Assembly: GCA_002011125.2 (NCBI GenBank)
Contig: MTMF02000009.1
Location: forward strand, 744,989 to 808,988
Direction of reading: 5' to 3'
Length of the DNA: 64,000 bases
Origin: Candidatus Hydrothermarchaeum profundi
GTDB taxonomy: Archaea; Hydrothermarchaeota; Hydrothermarchaeia; Hydrothermarchaeales; Hydrothermarchaeaceae
Shown here: piece by piece, positions 1 through 11,295 of the stretch
Position numbering within the stretch: the first letter of the stretch is position 1
How the letters are laid out: each line of letters opens with the position of its first letter
Notes under the pieces: generated by a model
What the model saw: only the letters and a program-made list of their open reading frames with translations
Database searches by the model: none
Told to the model about the DNA's origin: nothing
Made by a program: the position numbers and the translations under genes

Positions 1-178
1 TAGGAGTGAGTTAGAAGGAGGTTAAGGCTAAATTGGGGATTATTAAATATTTTTTTAAGAAACCCTTTTATATGAGTGCTTTTTTTGGTATGGGGATAAG
101 AAATGTTGGGGCAATTAACAAATAGCGTAACAATATGCAAATATGATTTAGTTAATTTTAAACAGAGGAGGTAGGAAG

Positions 179-3100
179 GTGAAATTTAGTTTTTGGAAGC
201 TATTTTTCATGTTTTCTGTGTTACTTGTTGGGATGTCAAACGTCTATGCTGCTGAGTATGCTATTTTCGCAAGTTTAGATTCTCATAAATACTTGCCGGG
301 GGAATATGTAAATTTAACTGGTGAAATCTATAGCGGTACTACGTTAGCCTCGGATGTTAACGTAGGGGTTAGTATTTACTTTGGGGAGTCTATTGTTTCT
401 TCTGACTCAGCTAAAACAGATTCTTCTGGCTCTTTTAGTTTCACTTTTACCGATGCCACAGCTAATAAGGGTGATTATACTGTAAACATAACGGTTGGCT
501 CCTCCTCTGTGGTGATACCCTATACTGTTAGTTCAGCTGAAAACTTTATGCTTATCCTTGTAAATGAAACTATACCGGTCTCTCTTGCTCCTTTCTCTCT
601 GAATGATGTTAATTCAGGTAATATCGTGTTTGTAGACTCCTCGATTGACATCAGTAGCGCGGTAGCAAAGAATTTCACTTATAATAATACCGAGTACTGG
701 GTTCTTTTACCTAGAGCTTCAAGCGGAAAGTACGAAGAGGCGTTTATTGATGATGATGCGAACTTCTCTTTAAGTAGCGATAGCAGCGGTAGCCCGGTTA
801 TAAAGTACTTGAAAGAAGGCTCTAAGGTAAAATTGAGCGATAAGAACTTTATAATAGCATATATTGATCCATTTGGCTCTGAAATAATATTTGCGGAGGA
901 TATCCCTGCTAGGTTCTCTGGAGGGGAAGACGCAAAACTTTTATGCATTGCAACAAATGCATCCGGCGGGCCTGTTAGCGATGAAAATCTCACTCTTAAG
1001 AAGTTCTATGATAACGGAACTATAATAAAGAATTATGGGGTTATAGGAGTTTCAAATAGTGGTGGCTACTATATTTATAGCATATCTGTGGATACAGATG
1101 GGGGAAGAAAACATTATATACTCAACGATGCAGGCCATGCTTCGTATGAAGTATCTACATACACTCTTAATGTCCTCATAACAGATAGTGAGGGTAACCC
1201 GGCTTATGTAGTTAAACCTGGTCAAGACCTAAACATTACCGTAAGCATTCTTGACTCTTCTAACCAGCCTATATCAAATACTTGGGTGAATGTTTCTATC
1301 ACCGGAACAGAATACAATAGTAGGTTTAGCATGAACCTGCCAAATGGGACCATTACCCAAACAATTTCAGCTCCAACTAAGCCTGGGTCCTACACCCTTG
1401 AGTTTATTTCAAACTATAATGGCGAGAAAAAGAAGATAATCAATAAAATCGTAGTTAAACAATACAATCTATTTATAGCTCCTCTAGCAAAGGGTAAGGG
1501 TGCTTCTCAGGGATTTGCTCCAGGCGAGTATGGAGCAATTTTTGTTGCAGCTACAGACTTATCTACCGGCGATTTTCTGAATCTCTCAGATTTAACTGGT
1601 GATGGGGTCAATGTTTCTCTGGAAGGATTTTATGATTCATCTGGAAACAACAAGTTCACAGGTGACACGGTTCTCTCGGATACGACAGAAGCGAATGTAT
1701 CCCAGATAATTGCAAATGGAAATGCAGCAGTGATGAATATAAGCGGATTCTTCCATTTCCTTACAGATACCGGAGAGATCATGCCTGAGGAAGAACAGAC
1801 TTGGCTGGAGGAAAAATTCGGCGAAAAGGCGATTGTCATAATCTTCCAGGCTCCATTTGAGGAGGATACCTACAAAGTAAAAGTTAGTGCAATAATAGAA
1901 GGAACTGATCAATACGCCTTCAATACGATAGGAGTCCAGAGGATATTCGTATGGGGCGAGCCAGTAGATGCGGAGAGCAAGAGCTTTACGTGGGGAATAA
2001 GTCCCGGTAGCGATATTTGCTTAAATATAAGAGGATATGATCCGGGTAAAGGACCTATTGATGGAAGTAAGATAAATGATGCTACACTGATAGAGGTTAT
2101 AGCTGAGAGCGGAGCTAGTGTAACAAGTTCTATGGTGAATGAGAATTTCACCAAGGAAGAAAACAATGCATATCTTTGCTTCACAGTAAACGATAGCGAG
2201 ATGGGTGGTCATTTTGTTAGGTTCAGAGTAAACGCTACGGTAGAGAAGTGGAATGGAACAGAGTATGTTCAAAACTATACGACGGCGATCGGAGACGGAT
2301 GGTTCCAAGAAAAACTATACCAAGTATGGGCATATCCCTATGTAGAAGGCTCTGAGACGGACGGCGGTAGAAAGGCCGTGTTTGGTTCTAATAGCAATAT
2401 CATCTTGAGGGTAGAAGTTAGGAATGCTCAGGGTGGTCAACTGGGCCAAACGCAAGCAGAGGGTATAACGGTTTCTCTGGTAGAGGTTAGAAATGATAGG
2501 ACTTGGCAGACCGTTGATGCTACTGCATCGTCTACGACAACAGATTCAAATGGCACAGCAACACTTAATATAAGTAAGACTAGTGGGTCTTGGAGTAGTG
2601 GGGGCTATGTTGTTAAGGTAAAAATCGTAGATACTAATGACCAAACCGATTATGGTTATGGTTGGTTTGAAATAAGAAACTTCAATTTCTGGGCTTGGAC
2701 AAATAATTGGGAGGTCTCTCTCAATAAGGATATAAGCGTCACATTAGAAACAAAAGAATTTAATTTCACTGGTATTTCTGCTACTATCACAGCTGAGAGA
2801 CTCATGTATATGGGCACTTTCGACAAGTGGCAGCCTCCAGTATTGGTGAATGATTCACTAGGAGTAACAGGGCAGACGGATTCTAGCGGCTCTGGTAGCT
2901 TAACTATACCTGCAGGTACTTTGAAAGAGGAGGGCCAGTATATGCTTACCTTAAAAGCTACAACTACAGATGGCAGGACGGATAATACCGATGTCTGGTT
3001 CTATGCGAAGTCATTTGTTCTTGACGTGAGAGATGAAAATCAAGATACTTGGCCTCCCCGGTATGGGTTAACGGATATAGCTAATATAACTGTGAGAGGA

Positions 3101-6100
3101 TATGAGGACTATGATTTCTGGAGTGGAAGCGGAGGGACACCGCATAATTTGAGTTCTGCATGGGTTAAGTCTGTTAGAAAGTTTGGAGGCATGTTTGAAG
3201 AAGAGGTCATGGACAGGAAAGACCTTGAAAATAATAATGACATGAAGGCACAGTGCTCTGGAAACACCTGCTATTTAACATTCAATATGACTAACTTTAG
3301 ACAGGGAGAGTATATCCTTTCAATTGCTGCGAACGACTCCAATGGGAGAACAGCCACCTTAGACTGGTTTAACATCCGAGTAGAGAGGCTCTCGATCTCC
3401 TTACCGGATCTTATGAGGAAGAGGGTTCAGGAATCCAATAAGTTGTATAGAAAAGTAAACTTCTCACTGATGGCTGATGGATCATCGGTTCCCAGACCAA
3501 GTGGGATAACCTCAACTTCTAAATATGATGCGATAAAAGTACTAGATGTTGTCAATAATAGTTTTGAATACTACCCATACCCAGAAACGCATTTCCTGCT
3601 TGTATATAAAGACGCTAACACTGGTACCCCAGCACTCTATGTTAATACCACTGGAAATAACTTCACTAATGCTCCAAAGTATTACGAAGGAGATGTTTTC
3701 ACTGATGCATACGGTTTTAGATGGAATATCACTAAACTGGATGCTACTAACTCGGAAGAAGGGAAAGTTACTCTAAAATCTATTGACGGTGTTGTCGCAA
3801 CACGAGATGAGTGGAGTCAAGAAAAATTTCTTATCCAGATAAACTTATCCTTATCAAAATCAGGGATCTTTCTCAGAGGAGAAAATCTGTGGGACGATGA
3901 GTGGAGAAATATAGATCTGAACGGCGATGGAGATTACGATTATAACGATCAATACCTAGTTATCCTAGCGGATACACAAGAAGCAGGTAAGTATGACCGT
4001 GTTTACATATCGAATACTACGAACTTCACTAGAGATGGGATAGATGCGAGCAGTGGTTCTCCTATTACTTTCGGCAGTAATATGCCAATATATCTCGTTA
4101 ACTTAAGATACTATGCTAGTCTCTCAGGAGCTACAAACTATTATGAGGTTTCGTTTACATCTAATACCCCAAGCTGGTGGGGTGTAGACCTTGGAACTTT
4201 CAGGCCTGGGAGTATAATTAGAGTACCTGTCATGATTACTGCTCCAGGGAATAAATCACAGTTTATAAATGCAACTGTGAGGGTGGATAATCTTATCGCT
4301 TTTGACTTTAGCGGACCATTTGGCGGAATTAAAAAGATCCCATTAGATAATCCTGCTATCAACTCCACGAACTGGTCAGGCAAGCCAGGTATTTTGGTAT
4401 TGGATATAAATACAAGCGGGATAAAGAATGGGGAATATAGGATACCTTTAAAAGTACAGGAGTTTGGGGCTACTGATTGGGTAGTTATTGACGATATCTG
4501 GCAGTATCCTGTTGTACAGCTTAGGACTTTCATCGTTAATGGAAAAATAGGTGACCATGGACGAATAACCAACTTGAGAGAATGGAGCGTAAAGGCAGGA
4601 AACCTTAGAATAGAGAACGCAGATATGGTGCCAAAGAGCGGTACACTTGGAATGGAGCATATGGGCTGGGCTGGTTTACCAGATATGTTTCATGTGTGGG
4701 ATTGGGAGTTCAGAGATATATGGTACAATTCGACAAATGGCTCGATTTATATCGATAACACGCCAGGTGATAGTGATATCTCAGACGGCAATTATACACA
4801 CGTAAATTATACTACTCAGTCTATCCATGGGATGAATGTTAAGAACATCTCTGTTGGACCAGTTAATGTTACTATATCACTTAATAATGGAAGTGGAAGC
4901 ACAGAGTTCTGGAACTTTAACTTCACAATAACAAACGCTGATCCTTCAACTGGTACAGCTACTGTGACCATTATTAACCTGCAGTACAACTTCAGAGAGG
5001 CGAATAATGAACTGACATCTGTCGGAGAAAACATTGGATATACGGACTTCCGCCTGATTGATGTCACTAGTAGTAGCGCTGTAATCGAGTGGAATAGGCC
5101 GGTTATCGTGCTTGATTCTCCATGGGAAGTTGTGACAGAGGGAGAAGCGATAATAAGAAAATTAGAATTAAATGATACTCATACTCTGCTCATATACAAT
5201 TCTCCAGACACTAAGACAGCTGAGGATCTCCAGGGTTGGTATGGAACGATGGATACGGTGGCTATTGGAAGAAACATTGATGGAAAAATATTGAAAACCT
5301 ACTCTATAGGCGAGCCCATACCCGAGTTGAATGACAATTGGAATTTAATAGGTAGCTGGGCGGTAATTCAAGCTAGGCCTTGGGAAGATAAAGTGTATTT
5401 GTCGAATTTAACGATTAATTCTAGGAATGTTTATCCACTTCCGTGGGTGGCTGATGACTACTATACTTTCTACTTCGCAAACTTCACGGAAAGCAGCGTA
5501 AAGTCGATAGTTAACTGGTATCTCGCAAGCCTTCGATCAACAGATGGCCCACCGCAGCTTGATAATACTACGCAATATTATGCTTTATTCTTTGATGGAA
5601 CCTGGGATGGCGTAGGTGAGATAACCAATGCCATCGTGGACGATGATACTATACTTGATGAGCAGTGGGTTGACCTTGGAGGTGATTGGGCTCCTTACGA
5701 CTTCGACCAAGTAGAGCTTGGTAACTCTGATGGATATATGAACTTTTCAGAACGGTGGCATATGATTGGGGAAGAATGGGGCGAGCCTCAGATGGTGAGT
5801 ATAGATTTGGATAATAAGGTAGTAGATACTTTCAGCGAGAAATGGGATATAGAGAGCGGTACAAACGTTACTTTATGGGTTACAGCTAAGGATCTCTATG
5901 GTAAACCAATCAATGGAACAGTAAGTATCAAAGAAGTTATACATAGATACTGGGATTATTCGGGCCCAGTTGAGGAGAAGTTAAATCAAACTGCTAGTGC
6001 ACCCATAATAAAAGGCGTTGGGTATCTCACGCTAGACTTTACAAACGCAAGTTGGGGCGACTATTCCTATACATTCCTTATCCAAGATAATGAGGGTAAT

Positions 6101-6214
6101 AAAGAAACACTGAAGAGGGGTATATTTGTCATGTCAGAAGAGGAAATGTTTGGACCAGCACCTGGAGAATGTCCGCCAGATGATCCAACTTGCGGTGGAG
6201 GAGGTGAATTCTAA
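179..6214 (+). CDS. Giant secreted cell-surface / S-layer-like glycoprotein with repeated Ig-like beta-sandwich domains
   Basis: Sec signal peptide (MKFSFWKL...VYA/AE); beta-rich repeats (e.g. SLDSHKYLPGEYVNLTGEI); many N-x-S/T sequons; DLNGDGD Ca-binding-like motif; no C-terminal TM; RBS GGAGG upstream of the GTG start. Confidence 0.75.
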   Translation: MKFSFWKLFFMFSVLLVGMSNVYAAEYAIFASLDSHKYLPGEYVNLTGEIYSGTTLASDVNVGVSIYFGESIVSSDSAKTDSSGSFSFTFTDATANKGDYTVNITVGSSSVVIPYTVSSAENFMLILVNETIPVSLAPFSLNDVNSGNIVFVDSSIDISSAVAKNFTYNNTEYWVLLPRASSGKYEEAFIDDDANFSLSSDSSGSPVIKYLKEGSKVKLSDKNFIIAYIDPFGSEIIFAEDIPARFSGGEDAKLLCIATNASGGPVSDENLTLKKFYDNGTIIKNYGVIGVSNSGGYYIYSISVDTDGGRKHYILNDAGHASYEVSTYTLNVLITDSEGNPAYVVKPGQDLNITVSILDSSNQPISNTWVNVSITGTEYNSRFSMNLPNGTITQTISAPTKPGSYTLEFISNYNGEKKKIINKIVVKQYNLFIAPLAKGKGASQGFAPGEYGAIFVAATDLSTGDFLNLSDLTGDGVNVSLEGFYDSSGNNKFTGDTVLSDTTEANVSQIIANGNAAVMNISGFFHFLTDTGEIMPEEEQTWLEEKFGEKAIVIIFQAPFEEDTYKVKVSAIIEGTDQYAFNTIGVQRIFVWGEPVDAESKSFTWGISPGSDICLNIRGYDPGKGPIDGSKINDATLIEVIAESGASVTSSMVNENFTKEENNAYLCFTVNDSEMGGHFVRFRVNATVEKWNGTEYVQNYTTAIGDGWFQEKLYQVWAYPYVEGSETDGGRKAVFGSNSNIILRVEVRNAQGGQLGQTQAEGITVSLVEVRNDRTWQTVDATASSTTTDSNGTATLNISKTSGSWSSGGYVVKVKIVDTNDQTDYGYGWFEIRNFNFWAWTNNWEVSLNKDISVTLETKEFNFTGISATITAERLMYMGTFDKWQPPVLVNDSLGVTGQTDSSGSGSLTIPAGTLKEEGQYMLTLKATTTDGRTDNTDVWFYAKSFVLDVRDENQDTWPPRYGLTDIANITVRGYEDYDFWSGSGGTPHNLSSAWVKSVRKFGGMFEEEVMDRKDLENNNDMKAQCSGNTCYLTFNMTNFRQGEYILSIAANDSNGRTATLDWFNIRVERLSISLPDLMRKRVQESNKLYRKVNFSLMADGSSVPRPSGITSTSKYDAIKVLDVVNNSFEYYPYPETHFLLVYKDANTGTPALYVNTTGNNFTNAPKYYEGDVFTDAYGFRWNITKLDATNSEEGKVTLKSIDGVVATRDEWSQEKFLIQINLSLSKSGIFLRGENLWDDEWRNIDLNGDGDYDYNDQYLVILADTQEAGKYDRVYISNTTNFTRDGIDASSGSPITFGSNMPIYLVNLRYYASLSGATNYYEVSFTSNTPSWWGVDLGTFRPGSIIRVPVMITAPGNKSQFINATVRVDNLIAFDFSGPFGGIKKIPLDNPAINSTNWSGKPGILVLDINTSGIKNGEYRIPLKVQEFGATDWVVIDDIWQYPVVQLRTFIVNGKIGDHGRITNLREWSVKAGNLRIENADMVPKSGTLGMEHMGWAGLPDMFHVWDWEFRDIWYNSTNGSIYIDNTPGDSDISDGNYTHVNYTTQSIHGMNVKNISVGPVNVTISLNNGSGSTEFWNFNFTITNADPSTGTATVTIINLQYNFREANNELTSVGENIGYTDFRLIDVTSSSAVIEWNRPVIVLDSPWEVVTEGEAIIRKLELNDTHTLLIYNSPDTKTAEDLQGWYGTMDTVAIGRNIDGKILKTYSIGEPIPELNDNWNLIGSWAVIQARPWEDKVYLSNLTINSRNVYPLPWVADDYYTFYFANFTESSVKSIVNWYLASLRSTDGPPQLDNTTQYYALFFDGTWDGVGEITNAIVDDDTILDEQWVDLGGDWAPYDFDQVELGNSDGYMNFSERWHMIGEEWGEPQMVSIDLDNKVVDTFSEKWDIESGTNVTLWVTAKDLYGKPINGTVSIKEVIHRYWDYSGPVEEKLNQTASAPIIKGVGYLTLDFTNASWGDYSYTFLIQDNEGNKETLKRGIFVMSEEEMFGPAPGECPPDDPTCGGGGEF

Positions 6215-7699
6215 ATGAACTTTAAAATCTTCATCACAGTACTTTCGGTCTTTGTGTTAATTCCTACGGCGTTCGCTGCAACATTATCTGTGACAATAGG
6301 TGACTACGATACAGAGGTTTACAAGGGCGCTCAAATAACTATCCCGGTTGAAGTACAGCTCCAGCAGTCTAGTGGAACAACAAGCGTCTCGGTAACTATC
6401 ATACCCAAAGATGGAGTAAGCTGTGACACGTGCACAAAGACCATAACATTCACTTCTGATGGCTCGCAATCTACATCCTTCATCCTCAAAGGCGATACTG
6501 TAGGTACTTATCAGAATCCATTCACAATAACCGCAACAGCTACAGGTGCGAGTGCAACGTCAACTGCATCTAATGCGTTGATAGTGCTTGAAAGCCCAAA
6601 TATGCAGATAAACTTCTACAATACTAGTTCTCCTGTAAAAATTAGTGACAATTTGTGGACCATACCTGCTAAAATGGAGATAACTACTTTCGATGTGCCC
6701 TTTGAGGACGTAGTGGTTAACATTTCTGAGTTATTATCAGCCCATGATATGCAGATTGCGTCTGGACCGCAGATGTATTATGTTGGCAGTATTCCTGCTT
6801 ACAGCACTGTGACGCTAACATGGGTTTTCAATGTAACGGGATTTAGCGTTTATGGGGTAAGTGGTACCGTTATAACCGACAAGGGCTCATTTTATCCCTC
6901 GTTTACAGATACATATACTACGGGTGTGACAGAAACCTCTATATCGCCTGCTGGAGGGGGCGGTGGAGGAGGTGGAGCTGCTGAGGGTAATGTCATCTCA
7001 ATTTCATCTATTTCGATAGGCGTGCCGGTAGTCTTTGATTTTACCAAGTTTGCGGATATCATCTCCGATATAGTCGTAACTGCTAAGGATATCGCATATA
7101 ACGTGAAGATAAGCGTGCAATCGCTTGCCGCTAAGCCTTATGCGAGTATGCCAGATCCTCCCGGGCAGCCATATAAGTATCTTAAAATCACCGTTACTAA
7201 CCTACCTGCTAGCAAGCTTGATAAGGCGGAGATAAAATTTAGGATAGAGAAGTCTTGGTTAAAAGAAAATAATGTTAATCCTGCCACTGTGGTTCTTTTG
7301 AGAAATGTGCAAAATAGCTGGGAGTCGCTGGATACAAGTGAGACATCTAGAGATGCCACCTATATCTACTTTAAAGCAATTACGCCCGGCTTCTCTTACT
7401 TTGCAATAACAGGCGAAAAGGACTCAGGCTATGTAGAAGAAGAGGCTCCAGCGCCAACAGAAGCGCCTGTGCCCACGGAGACTCCCGCACCTACAAAGGC
7501 ACCAGCTCCCACCGAGACCCCTGCGCCAACAGCTCCTCCAACAGAAGCGCCTGTGCCCACGGTTTCACCATTACCAACAGCGATGCCAGTATCGCCTGAG
7601 GGCGGAATTGGTACTGGGATTATCGCAGCAGCCGTTATTATTGTTATAGCTATTGCGGCAGTTCTTGTAATTAAGAGAGAAGAATTGTTCGGTAAATGA
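6215..7699 (+). CDS. PGF-pre-PGF domain surface protein with Pro/Thr linker and C-terminal TM anchor
   Basis: Signal peptide; poly-Gly spacer; YFKAITPGFSYFAITG motif; PTEAP repeats; hydrophobic tail followed by KR; abuts the upstream stop (TAA-ATG). Confidence 0.85.
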   Translation: MNFKIFITVLSVFVLIPTAFAATLSVTIGDYDTEVYKGAQITIPVEVQLQQSSGTTSVSVTIIPKDGVSCDTCTKTITFTSDGSQSTSFILKGDTVGTYQNPFTITATATGASATSTASNALIVLESPNMQINFYNTSSPVKISDNLWTIPAKMEITTFDVPFEDVVVNISELLSAHDMQIASGPQMYYVGSIPAYSTVTLTWVFNVTGFSVYGVSGTVITDKGSFYPSFTDTYTTGVTETSISPAGGGGGGGGAAEGNVISISSISIGVPVVFDFTKFADIISDIVVTAKDIAYNVKISVQSLAAKPYASMPDPPGQPYKYLKITVTNLPASKLDKAEIKFRIEKSWLKENNVNPATVVLLRNVQNSWESLDTSETSRDATYIYFKAITPGFSYFAITGEKDSGYVEEEAPAPTEAPVPTETPAPTKAPAPTETPAPTAPPTEAPVPTVSPLPTAMPVSPEGGIGTGIIAAAVIIVIAIAAVLVIKREELFGK

Positions 7700-7732
7700 G
7701 GCCCCCCTCTTTCAGCAGGCGCCTCCTTAATA

Positions 7733-8446
7733 TCAGCTGATATCTCTTAGTTTCAACATTGTTCCGTCAAGCAGATATGCTTTAGCGTTTTTCAAGTCGA
7801 CTACTCCTTGCCTGAATAGTGGACCAAGCAATTTTTCTTCTTTGTTGAAGGGTGTCCCATAAATTAGATCATTGAATGCTGGCATCACTACGATCTCTGG
7901 ATTTCTTTTAACCTCGTAGAATTCGTCTGCTCTACGGTTTAATCTCGCTCTGATCCATGCGCTCTCCCTTATACTTCTACCGAACTCGTCTGTGAACTCT
8001 ACGCAGGGGTGATTATGCCCCATTATTATATATTTGAAGTCTATTGGTGACCGAATTTTTAGGTGGCCATGGGTTAGTAGTGCTTCTTCGAGTTCAAGGT
8101 TCTTTACTATCCTCATATCTGGGAGTAATTTCTCAAGATCTCCATCATGGTTGCCTTTTATCACGGTTATATCAGCTAACTCTGAGAGACTTCTAAACAT
8201 CTGCGGGATCTCCGAGTATTCCATCCACGATGTCTTAGGTATGTTATGCTTAACATCCCCAAGTACTATAATCCTGCCCACACCGGATTTTTTTATGAGA
8301 TTGGAGAGCTTAATTTCCATGGTTCTCGCTTGGGAAGGTATCTTGACTCCCTTACTAAAGAGCTCGTATTCTAGTCCGAGATGTAAGTCTGCTACCACTA
8401 GGGCATCAGATAAAATAAGGGCTTTCTCATTGTATATGGGCATCAT
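7733..8446 (-). CDS. Calcineurin-like metallophosphoesterase (ICC-like)
   Basis: DLHLG, GDVKH, GNHD, THGH and GHNHP motifs. Confidence 0.9.
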   Translation of the reverse strand: MMPIYNEKALILSDALVVADLHLGLEYELFSKGVKIPSQARTMEIKLSNLIKKSGVGRIIVLGDVKHNIPKTSWMEYSEIPQMFRSLSELADITVIKGNHDGDLEKLLPDMRIVKNLELEEALLTHGHLKIRSPIDFKYIIMGHNHPCVEFTDEFGRSIRESAWIRARLNRRADEFYEVKRNPEIVVMPAFNDLIYGTPFNKEEKLLGPLFRQGVVDLKNAKAYLLDGTMLKLRDIS

Positions 8447-8925
8447 CTAATTTTACCGCCCTGATATCTACCGTTATACCCTTCGGATTCCCCCTGTACT
8501 AAGGAGAAGACTACCTGGGCGATTCTGGCTCCTTTCTCAAGTCTTATTTCGAATTCTGACTCGTTTTTTATTCCAATGGTAAGAGCGCCTTTGTATCCTG
8601 GGTCTATCACGGCTGTTTTTAGTGAAGCACCACACCTGAAGATAGTTGACCTAGGGAAGATGAAAGCTACTAGGTCTAGCGGCATTCTCAGCTTCTCTTT
8701 GGTTGTACATAGGTAATATCTCCCCGGTTTTAGGGTGAATTCTTCTACCTCTTCTATCTCAGGCAGCTTCCTATTTTCCTTGCCTACAAAGGCACCTGAG
8801 ACTACCTCGTATAGTTTTTCTATCCTGAGGTCTACCCCTGCCCCTTGGATATTAGCTTCCTCATAGTCTATGAGTAAGGCCTCCTCTTTTATCCTCTTCA
8901 ATATCTGGCTCTTACCGAGGTACAT
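8443..8925 (-). CDS. dUTPase / dCTP deaminase family protein
   Basis: GVDLR, PRST, VIDPGYKG and RIAQVVF motifs. Confidence 0.85.
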   Translation of the reverse strand: MYLGKSQILKRIKEEALLIDYEEANIQGAGVDLRIEKLYEVVSGAFVGKENRKLPEIEEVEEFTLKPGRYYLCTTKEKLRMPLDLVAFIFPRSTIFRCGASLKTAVIDPGYKGALTIGIKNESEFEIRLEKGARIAQVVFSLVQGESEGYNGRYQGGKIR

Positions 8926-8930
8926 GGGGA

Positions 8931-10787
8931 TTACCTAAACCGTGGTCTTTTTGAGAGCTTTGCAGGTAAAGTAAGCTTTTTGAAAGGTCTTCCCTTAGTC
9001 TCTTTTTTAATCCTATCTATGAGTTCTCTCATAGTCATAGTCCTCTGAGCCCCTCCTTCTGATCTTACCCTAACGGAGAGAGTATTCTCTGCTATCTCTT
9101 TGTCTCCCACCACAGCTATAAATGGGATCCATTCTTTTTCAGCATTCCTTATCTTCTTTTGTAGAGTGAGGCTTTCGTCGTCCAGGTCTGCTCTAATCTC
9201 GTTTTCTTGAAGCGTTTTTAGAAGTTTCTCGCAGTATTCTATATGGCCCTCGGCAACGGGTATAAGCCTAACCTGTGTTGGAGACAACCATAAGGGCAGC
9301 ATAGGCTTTTTCCCCTCCTTGGCCTTTATCCACTCCCTCTCGAGGATAGCGTAGAGATTCCTATCAATGCCTCCGGAAATGCTGGCGTGAAGCATAAGGG
9401 GGTGTTTCCTCTCTCCATTTTCATCTATATAAGTAATGTCGAATCTCTCTGCGTTCTCTACGTCAATCTGCACCGTAGAGAGGGTTGCCGCTTTATTAAG
9501 GGCGTCGTTTACGCTGAACTCGAACTTCATCACGAAATAGAAGAACCTCTGCTCCCATAGCTCTATGAGTATGGGTTTTCCCACAAGCTTGGATAGCTCT
9601 CTAATAAAAGTCTCATTTTCTTCGTAAAAATCCTTAACAAGCCTAATAGCGACATCATATTCCAGATCTAGATCTTTCATCCATTTCATGCTCAGCTTAT
9701 ATTGGTTTATGAACTCTTCTTTTGCCTGCTCCATGTCCTTGCATAGAGTATGCATATCAGGCATAGTGAAAGCTCTTAGCCTTTTTAATCCTGAGAGTTC
9801 TCCACTCTGCTCTCTTCTGAAGGAGTAGTGAGTTAGCTCGTATAGTCTAACTGGCAGGTGCTTATATGAGATGGTCATGTCATGTTTTATTAGGTACTGC
9901 CCGAAGCATGCTGCGAATCTAAGGAAGTATTCTTTTTTATCTGATTTTACTACATACTGTCGAGCTGGAAATCTGTGTAGATACTTGCTTAGCTTTGGAT
10001 GTTCGAAGTCATACATAACCGGAGTTTCGACTCGCATGGCTTGGTAGTCCGCGTGTATATTATTGACATGCTCCTCTAGTAGTGATTTTATGAGTTCTCC
10101 TTTTGGGTACCATCTCAGGTTTCCTGGATCTGATCCTGGCTCGTGATCTACCAGCTCGTGTTCCTTCATCAGCTTTATATGAGGCGGCTCTTCCTCAGCT
10201 ATTCTACTACCCGAGGTCTCGTATTCGTAAAAGATTTTCAGGCTGGGATATTTTGAAAAGTCGAACTCGCTTGCTGGAACTAGCCTGCCGTCTAAGTCTA
10301 GGATATAGTATTCTTTCTTAAGCTTTTGCTCTGCTATCACCGCTTTTGATATCTCTTCTTTGCCTGCTCCAACAGTGATCTCTCTTGATAGCTCTGAAAG
10401 AGGGTGCCCTTTGCACCGTAGCTCGAAGGCTTTATACCAGCCAAACGGCGCTCTCTTCACCTCATATTTTTCTGAGAGTTTTCCTTCGATCCCTTTGAGT
10501 ATGTCTACTGCTATCGCGGGCTTAGCTAGTGAAGAACTCAGGTGGGCATAGGGGTAAACGACTATGTTCTTGGCCTTTACCTCTAAGTAAACCCTCTCGA
10601 TTTCTTCGCAGGCCTTCGATATTACCTGCTTTGGGTCTTCTTCGTCGCTCTTTTCTACTGCAATGAAGGCTACGAGGGACTCCTCTGCCCTCTGGTTTTT
10701 CATGCTTTCAGGCACTTCTTCAGCCAGTTTTGTCTTAGATTTGGCTTGGTATTCTATGTAATCCGCATGTATTAAGAGAAGCTTCAT
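8931..10787 (-). CDS. thrS: Threonine--tRNA ligase (archaeal type with N-terminal editing domain)
   Basis: [48 protein letters not shown]; C-terminal anticodon-binding domain. Confidence 0.97.
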   Translation of the reverse strand: MKLLLIHADYIEYQAKSKTKLAEEVPESMKNQRAEESLVAFIAVEKSDEEDPKQVISKACEEIERVYLEVKAKNIVVYPYAHLSSSLAKPAIAVDILKGIEGKLSEKYEVKRAPFGWYKAFELRCKGHPLSELSREITVGAGKEEISKAVIAEQKLKKEYYILDLDGRLVPASEFDFSKYPSLKIFYEYETSGSRIAEEEPPHIKLMKEHELVDHEPGSDPGNLRWYPKGELIKSLLEEHVNNIHADYQAMRVETPVMYDFEHPKLSKYLHRFPARQYVVKSDKKEYFLRFAACFGQYLIKHDMTISYKHLPVRLYELTHYSFRREQSGELSGLKRLRAFTMPDMHTLCKDMEQAKEEFINQYKLSMKWMKDLDLEYDVAIRLVKDFYEENETFIRELSKLVGKPILIELWEQRFFYFVMKFEFSVNDALNKAATLSTVQIDVENAERFDITYIDENGERKHPLMLHASISGGIDRNLYAILEREWIKAKEGKKPMLPLWLSPTQVRLIPVAEGHIEYCEKLLKTLQENEIRADLDDESLTLQKKIRNAEKEWIPFIAVVGDKEIAENTLSVRVRSEGGAQRTMTMRELIDRIKKETKGRPFKKLTLPAKLSKRPRFR

Positions 10788-10852
10788 GGCATTCGCATTA
10801 AATCCAAAAAAACTTAAATCTTTCTACTGGTAGAATGTAATGGGTGGTGTAG

Positions 10853-11263
10853 TTGAGCAGAGAAATTATTGAGGTTAGGACTTCTAGGAGGGTTGAGTTT
10901 ATAGATATCACTTCTGAGGTAGAGGAGGTAGTATCTCGCATGGGTGTTGATGAGGGCGCTGTTAACGTATTTACAATGCATACTACGACAGCTATAATCG
11001 TAAACGAGAATGAGTCTGGCCTTTTAAGGGATCTTGAGGAACTGATGGAGAAGCTGGTTCCTCGGGGGGGAGGATATGCTCATGATAGGGGGTTTGAAGG
11101 GAATGCGGATGCTCATTTAAGGTCTATATTGCTGGGTCCTTCTAAGCTTATACCTATACAAGGTGGGAGGTTGCAGTTGGGCACTTGGCAGAGGATTTTC
11201 TTTGCAGAGTTTGATGGGCCGAGGAATAGAAAGGCGGTAGCACAGGTTTTAAGAGAAAAGTAA
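10853..11263 (+). CDS. yjbQ: YjbQ/UPF0047 family protein
   Basis: HTTTAIIVNENE, NADAHLRS and LGTWQRIFFAEFDGPR motifs. Confidence 0.92.
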   Translation: MSREIIEVRTSRRVEFIDITSEVEEVVSRMGVDEGAVNVFTMHTTTAIIVNENESGLLRDLEELMEKLVPRGGGYAHDRGFEGNADAHLRSILLGPSKLIPIQGGRLQLGTWQRIFFAEFDGPRNRKAVAQVLREK

Positions 11264-11295
11264 TATTTTTAAACCTTAATGTCTTAAGTATAAAC

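Noticed and set aside
679-5067. Antisense and alternate-frame ORFs inside the giant gene (and similar ones across the window, e.g. 63478-63966)
   Set aside because: Shadows of well-supported genes, with no motifs of their own
7440-7580. Short direct repeats (CCAACAGAAGCGCCTGTGCCCACGG twice)
   Set aside because: They encode the Pro/Thr linker, ordinary for surface proteins
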